NCBI GenBank assembly: GCA_044223005.1
Contig: JBGAML010000022.1
Location: forward strand, 1 to 64,000
Length of the DNA: 64,000 nucleotides
Direction of reading: 5' to 3'
DNA from: Candidatus Eiseniibacteriota bacterium
GTDB taxonomy: Bacteria > Eisenbacteria > RBG-16-71-46
The position numbers and the translations under genes are program-made. Positions 18,182 through 26,418 of this stretch are shown one piece after another. The first letter of the stretch is position 1. Each line of letters begins with the position of its first letter. Under the pieces are notes generated by a model, which did not search any database, was not told the DNA's origin, and saw only the letters and a program-made list of their open reading frames with translations.

Positions 18182-18805
18182 GGAACCTCGGAGTCGCCGC
18201 CCGCAAGAGGCGTGGGGATCGTCCGGAGCCCGCGGAGGGTGCGGTGGTTCGCACGGCGGCGCGGAGGCGCGGCGCGGCGGGCGCTGCGGACGAGGATCGG
18301 GGCGGACGGCATGGATGAAAGCCCACGAACGGCGTGGGAGTCGGTGTCGGAACTCGGGGCCGAATGCACGCACGCGGCCTGCCGATACGCTAACAGAGGC
18401 CCCGGAGGAGAACCACCACATGCGTCGCATCACACGCATCCGTCGCGAGCACGCGCGCGAGCGCGCGGATCGTGCGCACCCGCGCCGCGAGCGGTCCGAA
18501 CGCATGCGCGCCGCCGTGCGACACGTGCGCGCGATGTGCACCGACGTTATCCGGCGAGGAACGACGCGACGCATTCCGGCAGGCCTCGCGACCGCGATCC
18601 ACGCGTTGCGAAACGCGGACCGCGTCAGCGCAGCGTCAAGCGTGCGGCGCGCGGCTGTGGCGCGCACGTCGCGGGTGCTACGCTCTCTTCGTCGCACTTC
18701 CGTGTGCGCGCGGCACGACGCCGCGCGGACGAACCTGTCCGCGATCGCGCCTCGCGCGGAGCGCACGTGACGTCGCGACAGGGTGGCGATAAGGGCGAGG
18801 ATCAC

Positions 18806-20791
18806 GTGGGTTCGTCGTTCATCACGACGGTCACCGAGCGTTGCCGCATGTGCTACACGTGCGTGCGCGAGTGCCCGGTCAAGGCGATCCGGATCACCGA
18901 GGGACAGGCCAAGGTGATCGGGGATCGCTGCATCGCCTGCGGCAACTGCGTGCGCGTCTGCTCGCAGCAAGCCAAGCTCCTGCGCAGCACCGTCGACGAA
19001 GTGTGGACGCTGCTCCGTTCCGGCCAGCGCGTCGCCGCCTGTGTCGCCCCCAGCTTCCCCGCCGAGTTCGTGGACCTGGACGCCGGCGAGCTGGTCGGCA
19101 TGATCCGGGCGCTGGGCTTCGAGCAGGTGGTCGAGGTCTCGTTCGGCGCCGACCTCGTCTCGCGCGAGTACGCCGCGCTCTTCCGCGACGAGCCCGAGCA
19201 GCGCTTCATCTCCACCACCTGCCCCGCGATCGTGCGCTACGTCGAGCGGCACGTGCCCGAGATGACCGGCGCGCTCGCGCCCGTGGTCTCGCCCATGGTC
19301 GCCATGGCGCGCGCGCTGCACCAGCTGCACGGGCCGGACCTGAAGCTCGTGTTCATCGGGCCGTGCATCGCCAAGAAGATGGAGGCGAGCGATCCCGAGA
19401 CCGAGGGCGAGATCGACGAGGTGATCCTCTTCCCCGAGCTGCGCCAGATGTTCGCCGAGGCCGGGCTCGAGCCGGGCCAGGTCGCGCGTGGCGAGTTCGA
19501 TCCGCCGCATGGCGGCCTCGGTGGTCTCTACCCCATCAGCCGCGGCATCCTGCAAGCCTCGAACCTGACCGAGGACCTGATGACCGGCGAGGTCGTCGCG
19601 ACGCAGGGCCGCAGCCACATGGTCGAGGCGATCCGCGAGTTCGCTTCGGGCGACCTCGGCGCCCGTCTGCTCGAGGTGCTCTGCTGCGAGGGCTGCATTT
19701 CGGGCCCGGGCGTGGTCAGCGACCGTTCGCTGTTCCATCGCCGGCGCCGCGTGCGCGAACACGTCGGCCGCCGCATGGAGGCGCTGGACCGCGACCGCTG
19801 GCAGGAAACGATGGACCAGTTCGCCGACCTGCCGCTCCGCCGCGGCTACACGGCCTCCGACCAGCGCCTGCCCACGCCCGATCGCTCCGAGATCGAAGCG
19901 ATCATGCACCGCATGGGCAAGTTCTCGCGCCGCGACGAGCTCAACTGCGGCGCCTGCGGCTACGACACGTGCGTCGAGCACGCGATCGCGATCAAGGCCA
20001 ACCTCGCCGAGTGCGAGATGTGCCTGCCGAACACGATCGACCAGCTGCGTGGAGCCCTGCGCGAGGTCGAGACGTCGCACGGCGCACTCGCCGAGGCCCA
20101 GGAAGCGCTGGTGCAGTCCGAGAAGCTGGCCAGCATGGGCCAGCTCGCGGCGGGCATCGCGCACGAGGTGAACAACCCGCTCGGCGTGGTGCTCATGTAC
20201 TCGCACCTCCTGCTCGAAGAGTGCGACCGCAAGTCGCGCATGCACGAGGACCTCACGCTGATCGCCGAGCAGGCGGACCGCTGCAAGCGGATCGTCTCGG
20301 GCCTGCTCCACTTCGCGCGGCAGAACAAGCTCGCGCGCACCTCCGAGGACCTGGACGCGCTGCTCGAGCACGCGTTGCGCATCCTCCCGGTCCCCGACCG
20401 CATCGCGGTGAAGCTCGAACACGGCATGCGGGATTCGCACGCCGAGATCGACCGCGACCAGGTGATCCAGGTCCTCACGAACCTCGTGAACAACGCCGTC
20501 GCCGCGATTCCGGGCGAGGGCACCATCACCCTGCGCACGGGCGACGCCGACGGCCGCGTCTGGTTCGCGGTCGCCGACACCGGCACCGGCATCCGTCCCG
20601 AGAACCTCGGGCGGATCTTCGACCCCTTCTTCACCACCAAACCGATCGGCGTGGGCACCGGCCTGGGACTGGCGGTCACCTACGGGATCGTGAAGATGCA
20701 CTCGGGCGACATCCGGGTGGAGTCGCAGGCGGATCCGTCCGCCGGCCCCACCGGCACCACGTTCACCGTCACGCTCCCGCGCAGCGGGTAG
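18806..20791 (+). CDS. Sensory-type (group C-like) [FeFe]-hydrogenase domain fused to histidine kinase
   Basis: 2x[4Fe-4S] (CRMCYTCVRECP, CIACGNCVRVC); H-cluster motifs STTCPA, GPCIAKKME, EVLCCEGCISG; FeS domain NCGACGYDTC...MCLP; HisKA AHEVNNP; HATPase NLVNNA, DTGTG, FFTTK, GTGLGL. Confidence 0.88.
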   Translation: MGSSFITTVTERCRMCYTCVRECPVKAIRITEGQAKVIGDRCIACGNCVRVCSQQAKLLRSTVDEVWTLLRSGQRVAACVAPSFPAEFVDLDAGELVGMIRALGFEQVVEVSFGADLVSREYAALFRDEPEQRFISTTCPAIVRYVERHVPEMTGALAPVVSPMVAMARALHQLHGPDLKLVFIGPCIAKKMEASDPETEGEIDEVILFPELRQMFAEAGLEPGQVARGEFDPPHGGLGGLYPISRGILQASNLTEDLMTGEVVATQGRSHMVEAIREFASGDLGARLLEVLCCEGCISGPGVVSDRSLFHRRRRVREHVGRRMEALDRDRWQETMDQFADLPLRRGYTASDQRLPTPDRSEIEAIMHRMGKFSRRDELNCGACGYDTCVEHAIAIKANLAECEMCLPNTIDQLRGALREVETSHGALAEAQEALVQSEKLASMGQLAAGIAHEVNNPLGVVLMYSHLLLEECDRKSRMHEDLTLIAEQADRCKRIVSGLLHFARQNKLARTSEDLDALLEHALRILPVPDRIAVKLEHGMRDSHAEIDRDQVIQVLTNLVNNAVAAIPGEGTITLRTGDADGRVWFAVADTGTGIRPENLGRIFDPFFTTKPIGVGTGLGLAVTYGIVKMHSGDIRVESQADPSAGPTGTTFTVTLPRSG

Positions 20792-20820
20792 GCGGCGGGC
20801 CCGGGCGCGAAAGAGCCCGC

Positions 20821-21972
20821 ATGGAAACGCTTCGCATCCTGGTCACCGACGACGAACCCGGCATGCGCCACGGCGTGGCGCGCATCCTCGGCGGCACCAC
20901 GCTGCGCGTCCCCGACGTGGACGAGGAGTTCACGCTCGAGGTCGAACAGTCCGAGACGGGCGAGGCCGCGCTCGAGATCGTGCGCCGGCAGCCCCCGGAC
21001 ATCCTGCTGCTCGACCACAAGATGCCCGGCATGAGCGGGCTCGACGTGCTCGACGCGCTGGCGGCGATGCGGCTCGACATGCTCACGATCATGATCACCG
21101 CGTACGCTTCGATCGAGACCGCGGTGCTCGCGACCAAGCGTGGCGCCTACGACTTTCTCGCCAAGCCGTTCACGCCCGAGGAACTCAAGGCAACGCTGCG
21201 CAAGACCGCTGCACACCTGCTGCTCGCCAAGCGCGCGCGCCAGCTGGCCGAGGAACGCCGGCACGTGCGATTCGAGTTCGTGCGCGTGCTCGGGCACGAG
21301 CTCAAGTCGCCGCTCGCCGCGGTGACCAGCTACGTGGACGTCATGCGCCAGCACGCGCTCGGCGACCAGCTCGCCGACTACGACGACGTACTGAAGCGTT
21401 GCCGCACGCGGCTCGAGGGCATGGACAAGATGATCCACGACCTGCTGGACCTGACGCGCATCGAGTCCGGGCAGAAGACACGCAGCCTCGCCCCCGTCGA
21501 TCTCGCGGAACGCGCGCAGGCCGCGCTCGACGGCGTGCGCGCCACCGCCGCGGCGCGCGGGATCGAGCTGCACTGCCGCGCCGAGGGCGCCGGCACCATG
21601 ACCGCCGACACGGGCGAGCTCGAGATGATCCTCAACAACCTGGTCTCCAACGCGGTCAAGTACAACCGCGAGGGCGGACGCGTCGAGGTGGCGATCGTGC
21701 GCCGCGCCGGCCGCGTCGAGATCGCGGTCACCGACACCGGCATCGGCATGTCCGCCGAAGCGGTCGCCCGGCTGTTCGGCGAGTTCGTGCGCATCCGCAC
21801 CGCCGACACCGCGCACATCGAGGGCACCGGCCTGGGACTCTCGATCGTGCGCAAGCTGGCGCAGCTCTACGACGGCCGCGTCGCCGTCGTGAGCGAGCCC
21901 GGCCACGGCACCACCGTGACCGTGGTACTGCGCGACGCCGCCGAGAACGCCGTCGCGACCGAGCCGGCCTGA
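20821..21972 (+). CDS. Hybrid response regulator-histidine kinase (REC-HisKA-HATPase)
   Basis: ILVTDDE, LLDHKMPG, ITAY, AKPF; GHELKSPL; NLVSNAVKY, DTGIG, GTGLGL. Confidence 0.9.
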   Translation: METLRILVTDDEPGMRHGVARILGGTTLRVPDVDEEFTLEVEQSETGEAALEIVRRQPPDILLLDHKMPGMSGLDVLDALAAMRLDMLTIMITAYASIETAVLATKRGAYDFLAKPFTPEELKATLRKTAAHLLLAKRARQLAEERRHVRFEFVRVLGHELKSPLAAVTSYVDVMRQHALGDQLADYDDVLKRCRTRLEGMDKMIHDLLDLTRIESGQKTRSLAPVDLAERAQAALDGVRATAAARGIELHCRAEGAGTMTADTGELEMILNNLVSNAVKYNREGGRVEVAIVRRAGRVEIAVTDTGIGMSAEAVARLFGEFVRIRTADTAHIEGTGLGLSIVRKLAQLYDGRVAVVSEPGHGTTVTVVLRDAAENAVATEPA

Positions 21973-22118
21973 GGCCCCGCGCCCCGCGCGGAGAACGCGG
22001 GGCGTTCCGCGCCCGCCGTCGCGGTGGGCCTGTGGCAGGATCGCTCCGCACACCCCGCGCGTTCACCGGACCCTTCGCGCGCGGGTCCGGACACGATCCG
22101 GGGAGATCGTCGCTCGCC

Positions 22119-23963
22119 ATGGCACCGGAATCCCGAGCCGCCGTCGCGCCCGCGCGCCGCCCGCGGCTCACGCTGGTCGAGCAGGAGCTGGCGAACAGCC
22201 TGGACTGGCTGGTCTCGCTGCGCTGGCTCGTGGGCGGTGTCGTGGTACTCGCGGCGCCGCTTGCGACGAGCGCGTTCCGCATGCCGATCCCGGCCGAGGC
22301 GCTGACGCTGACCGGCGGCGGCATCCTCGCCTACAACTTCGTGCTCTGGTCCGTGCAGCGTGCGATGCGCCGGCACGGCGTCGACGACCCGCGCTGGCAC
22401 CAGGCCATCGCGCGGATCCAGATCCTGCTCGACTGGATCGCGATGGCGGTGCTGATCTCGCTCTCGGGAGGCGCCGAGAGCCCGGCGATCGTCTTCTTCC
22501 TGATCCACATCACGATCGCGTCGCTGCTCCTGCCCCACCACCTTGGCTTCCTCTACGTGAGCCTCGCGCCACTGCTGGTCGCGGGCGTGGCGCTGCTCGA
22601 GTACTTCGAGGTGCTGCCGCACGTGGCCGTGGTCCTGCCGCCCCGCTACCACGAGCCGCTCTTCGTGGGCTTCGCGGTCGGCTTCTTCACGCTCGCCTGC
22701 TACATGATGGCCTATGCCTGCATGGCGATCGCGCGCCGGCTGCGGCGGCGCGAGACCGAGCTCGGCGGCCTCTACGAGAGCGTGCAGGAGATCACCAGCA
22801 CGCTCGAGCTCGACGCCGTGCTCGACACGATCGTCGAGGCTGCGGCGCACGTGCTCGGGTGCCGTGCGGCCGCGATCCGGCTGATCGACCTCGCGCGGGC
22901 CCAGGTCGAGTTCGCCGCCACCCACGGCCTCTCCGAGCGCTACCTCGAGGACGTGCCCGAGGACTTCGCGCGCTCGCGGCTGGACCAGGAGACGCTCCGC
23001 GCCGGCGTCGTGCACGTGGACGACGTCGAGCGCGACGACCGCGTCTGGAAGCCCGAGCGCGTGCGCGACGAGGGCATCGCGTCCATGCTCAGCGTCACGA
23101 TCCACGGCCGCACCGGCCCACTCGGCGTCCTGCGCGCGTACGGCGCGCCGGGACACCGGTTCACGCACGAGGACGTCACCTACCTGCAGGCCGTGGCGGC
23201 GCACGGCGCCGTGGCGATCGAGCATGCGAAGGCCTACCGGCTGCTCGCCGAACTCGACCGCGACAAGTCGCGCTTCCTGCGCACCACGACGCACGAGCTG
23301 CGTTCGCCCGTGCGCGTGACCGAGAGCCTGCTCGCCACGCTGGCCGACGGCTACGCCGGCCCGCTGCAGGGAGAACAGGGAGAGCTCGTGCGCCGCGCGC
23401 AGCGCCGGCTGGCCGCGCTGCACATGTTGATCGACGACCTGCTGGCGCTGGCCGCGGGCAAGGCCGACATGGGCGCGCTGCAGCCGCGCCGCTGCGACGT
23501 GCGCGGCATCGTCGCCGAGGTCGTGGAGCAGTTCCGCGCCGTCGCGACCGAGAAACACCTCACGCTCGCACTGTCGTCACCGGGGGAACCGCTCGAAGTC
23601 TGGTGCGACCCGGGCGATCTCGAGCGCATCGTGGCCAACCTCGTGAGCAACGCGGTCAAGTACACGCGCGAGGGCGGCGTCACCGTGACGCTCGCGGGCG
23701 AGGACGCGCACGTGCGCCTCACGATCGCCGACACCGGCATCGGCATCCCCACGACCGCGCAGCCGCACCTCTTCCAGGAGTTCTACCGCGCGGGCAACGC
23801 GCGCCAGGTCGAGGAGTCGGGCACGGGGCTCGGGTTGTCGATCGTGCGCGCGCTCGTCGAGCGCTACGGCGGCCGCGTCACGTTCGCGAGCGAGGAACAT
23901 CGCGGCACCACGTTCTCCGTGGAGATGGTTCGCGCGAGCGGCTTTGGATCGCGGTCCGAGTGA
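22119..23963 (+). CDS. Membrane-bound GAF-domain sensor histidine kinase
   Basis: Multi-TM N-terminus; GAF (SMLSVTI...LGVLRAY...FTHED); THELRSP; NLVSNAVKY; GTGLGL. Confidence 0.9.
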   Translation: MAPESRAAVAPARRPRLTLVEQELANSLDWLVSLRWLVGGVVVLAAPLATSAFRMPIPAEALTLTGGGILAYNFVLWSVQRAMRRHGVDDPRWHQAIARIQILLDWIAMAVLISLSGGAESPAIVFFLIHITIASLLLPHHLGFLYVSLAPLLVAGVALLEYFEVLPHVAVVLPPRYHEPLFVGFAVGFFTLACYMMAYACMAIARRLRRRETELGGLYESVQEITSTLELDAVLDTIVEAAAHVLGCRAAAIRLIDLARAQVEFAATHGLSERYLEDVPEDFARSRLDQETLRAGVVHVDDVERDDRVWKPERVRDEGIASMLSVTIHGRTGPLGVLRAYGAPGHRFTHEDVTYLQAVAAHGAVAIEHAKAYRLLAELDRDKSRFLRTTTHELRSPVRVTESLLATLADGYAGPLQGEQGELVRRAQRRLAALHMLIDDLLALAAGKADMGALQPRRCDVRGIVAEVVEQFRAVATEKHLTLALSSPGEPLEVWCDPGDLERIVANLVSNAVKYTREGGVTVTLAGEDAHVRLTIADTGIGIPTTAQPHLFQEFYRAGNARQVEESGTGLGLSIVRALVERYGGRVTFASEEHRGTTFSVEMVRASGFGSRSE

Positions 23964-24293
23964 CGTTTTGCATGCTGGCGGCGCGGCGCGCGGATGCGAC
24001 GCCCGCCCGTGGTGCCTACAATCGCATCGTGGTTTCACACTGTTGGGTTGCATCCTCACGCATCCATTCGCCGGTCGCAGCGCGGGCCGGCAGGAGCAGA
24101 TCGATCGTTTCCTGAACTTCCCGTCGCGCGTCCCGCGTGACCGACCCTTCCCACCTTCCGTACCCGTTCGCCCGGCCGTGGTGCCGCACTCCACGGGCCT
24201 GCGGCCGCGAGATGAGCACGGTTCCGAGATCGGCCGTCGCGCCCCACGCGCGCGGGACGTCGTCTCCAGGCAACACTCCCAGGGAGCACGTCC

Positions 24294-24665
24294 ATGGCTC
24301 GCATTCTCGTCGTCGACGACGACCCCGATATCACCTACGCCGTCTCGCTCTTCCTCCGCAAGGAAGGCTACGAGGTCCAGACGGCGGCCAGCCGCGCCGA
24401 CGGCATGAAGGCGATCACGGCCTTCAAGCCCGACCTCATGATCCTCGACGTCATGATGGAGCAGCCCGACGACGGCATCGCCATGGCGCAGGAACTGCGC
24501 CGCAACGGCGTCAAGCTGCCGATCGTCATGCTCACGAGCGTCGGCAAGGTCACCGGAATGAGCTTCGACCGGGACAGCGAACTGGTCCCCGTCGACGCCT
24601 TCTTCGAGAAACCCGTCAAGCCCGAGGAGCTGCTCCGCTCGCTCGGCGAGCTGCTTCGCCGCTAG
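24294..24665 (+). CDS. Single-domain response regulator
   Basis: ILVVDDD, ILDVMME, MLTS, EKP; 123 aa with no output domain; 9 nt from the next gene. Confidence 0.9.
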   Translation: MARILVVDDDPDITYAVSLFLRKEGYEVQTAASRADGMKAITAFKPDLMILDVMMEQPDDGIAMAQELRRNGVKLPIVMLTSVGKVTGMSFDRDSELVPVDAFFEKPVKPEELLRSLGELLRR

Positions 24666-24674
24666 GAGGCGCCC

Positions 24675-25187
24675 ATGCTCGTGAGCCAGCAGCAGCAGGT
24701 GCAGGACGAGATCCGCGCACTCGTGGCGAAGCACGGCCGCGCGCGCGCGTCGCTGATGCCCATCCTGCAGGACGTGCAGGCCCGCCACGCCGTCGTGTCG
24801 GACTTCGCCATGCAGGTGATCGCCGACGAACTCGGCATCCACCCCGCCGAGGTCTACGGCGTGGTGTCCTTCTACGCGTTCCTCGACCACGAACCCCGGG
24901 GACGATTCCAGATCCGCCTCTGCCAGACGCTGTCGTGCGACCTCGACGGCAAGGCGCGCATCGCGCGCCAGCTCGAGAACGAGCTCGGCATCGCGTTCGG
25001 CGAGACGACTCCCGACGGCCGCTTCAGCCTCGAGTGGGCGAGCTGCCTCGGCATGTGCGACCAGGGCCCGGCCCTGCTCGTGAACGACCGCGTCTACACC
25101 CGGGTCACGCCCGACCGGGTCCACGAGATCCTCGAAGACTGCCGCAAGGTGTTCGGCGCCCACGCCGCACAGCCGGCGCACGCCTGA
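24675..25187 (+). CDS. [2Fe-2S] thioredoxin-like subunit (NuoE/HydC-like)
   Basis: VYGVVSFY; CQTLSC and SCLGMCDQGP ligands. Confidence 0.9.
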   Translation: MLVSQQQQVQDEIRALVAKHGRARASLMPILQDVQARHAVVSDFAMQVIADELGIHPAEVYGVVSFYAFLDHEPRGRFQIRLCQTLSCDLDGKARIARQLENELGIAFGETTPDGRFSLEWASCLGMCDQGPALLVNDRVYTRVTPDRVHEILEDCRKVFGAHAAQPAHA

Positions 25188-25200
25188 GCGGAGGAACGAC

Positions 25201-26418
25201 ATGCATCCCACCGACAGTCGCAGGACGCCGTTGACGTTCGACACCATCGCGCCGGGGGCGGGTCTCGCCGCGGCGCTGAAGAAGAGCCGCGCAGACCTGA
25301 TCGCCGAAGTGGCCGCCTCGAACCTGCGCGGCCGCGGAGGTGCGGGCTTCCCCACCGGCACCAAGTGGAACCTCGCGGCCGCCGCACGCGTGCAGGCCGG
25401 CCAGCACAAGTACGTCGTGTGCAACGCCGACGAAGGCGAGCCCGGCACGTTCAAGGACCGCGTGCTGCTGCTGGAATACGCGGACCTCGTGTTCGAAGGC
25501 ATGACGATCGCCGCCCGGGCGATCGGCGCCGTGAAAGGCATCCTCTACTTGCGCGGCGAGTACCGCTACATGCGGGCGCATCTGGACGGCGTGCTGGCAC
25601 GGCGCCGCGAGGCGCACCAGCTCGGTCGCGACATCCTCGGCACCGCGGGCTTCGAGTTCGACATCGAGATCCGCATGGGCGCCGGGGCCTACGTCTGCGG
25701 CGAGGAGACCGCGCTCATCGAGTCGCTCGAAGGCCACCGCGGTGAGCCTCGCAACCGGCCGCCGTTCCCGGTGGACACCGGCTACCTCGGGCAACCGACG
25801 GTCGTGAACAACGTCGAGACGCTCGCATCGGTCACCGCGATCCTCGCCAAGGGTGCGGCGTGGTTCAAGGCGATCGGGTCCGAGCGCTCCGCCGGCTTCA
25901 AGCTGTTCAGCATCTCGGGCGACTGCAGCAAGCCGGGCGTCTACGAGTTCCCGCTCGGCCTCACCGTGCGCGAGCTGCTCGAAGCCGTCGGCGGCACGAA
26001 CGCCAAGGCCGTGCAGGTCGGAGGCGCGTCGGGCACGTGCGTGCCGGCGTCGGAGTTCGACCGCCGCATCGCGTTCGAGGACGTCGCGACCGGCGGCTCG
26101 GTCATCGTGCTCGGGCCCGGGCGCGACATGCTTCACGTCGCGAAGAACTTCATGGAGTTCTTCGTCGAGGAGTCGTGCGGCCAGTGCACGCCGTGCCGCG
26201 TGGGCAACGCCAAGCTGCTCGAGGGGATCGAGATGCTCGAGCGCGGCGAGTGCTCCAACGCCTACCTCAAGGAGCTGCTCGCGCTGTGCGAGACGATGCA
26301 GCTCGCGTCCAAGTGCGGCCTGGGGCAGTCGAGCCCCAACGCGTTCGTGTCGATCGTGAAGCATTTCCGGGACGAGATCCTCGGCCGGACGGCCGAGCCG
26401 GTGGGAGGTGCGCGATGA
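25201..26418 (+). CDS. FMN/NADH-binding diaphorase subunit (NuoF/HydB-like, minimal form)
   Basis: LRGRGGAGFPTG, CNADEGEPGTFKDR, GAGAYVCGEETAL, ESCGQCTPCRVG...CGLG. Confidence 0.92.
   Translation: MHPTDSRRTPLTFDTIAPGAGLAAALKKSRADLIAEVAASNLRGRGGAGFPTGTKWNLAAAARVQAGQHKYVVCNADEGEPGTFKDRVLLLEYADLVFEGMTIAARAIGAVKGILYLRGEYRYMRAHLDGVLARRREAHQLGRDILGTAGFEFDIEIRMGAGAYVCGEETALIESLEGHRGEPRNRPPFPVDTGYLGQPTVVNNVETLASVTAILAKGAAWFKAIGSERSAGFKLFSISGDCSKPGVYEFPLGLTVRELLEAVGGTNAKAVQVGGASGTCVPASEFDRRIAFEDVATGGSVIVLGPGRDMLHVAKNFMEFFVEESCGQCTPCRVGNAKLLEGIEMLERGECSNAYLKELLALCETMQLASKCGLGQSSPNAFVSIVKHFRDEILGRTAEPVGGAR

Noticed and set aside
18381..18388. GCCGATAC sigma28-like -10 (also at 28564-28571)
   Set aside because: No TCAAG-like element 14 nt upstream, unlike the accepted copies
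18182..18420. Cobalamin, TPP, Moco or NiCo riboswitch before the TonB receptor
   Set aside because: Conserved core sequences of these families were not recognisable
18405..18434. TGTGAT facing the TonB receptor as a third ECF promoter
   Set aside because: No CGTT at 16-nt spacing
15314..20791. 1825-aa ORF (and 1610-aa ORF 15869-20701 on the other strand) suggesting giant fusions
   Set aside because: N-terminal parts are antisense read-through of the opposite-strand genes in stop-poor GC-rich DNA; real starts are 18806 (+) and 18181 (-)
25185..25201. TGA read-through or selenocysteine joining the NuoE- and NuoF-like genes
   Set aside because: The two genes are in different frames and the second has its own GGAGG RBS
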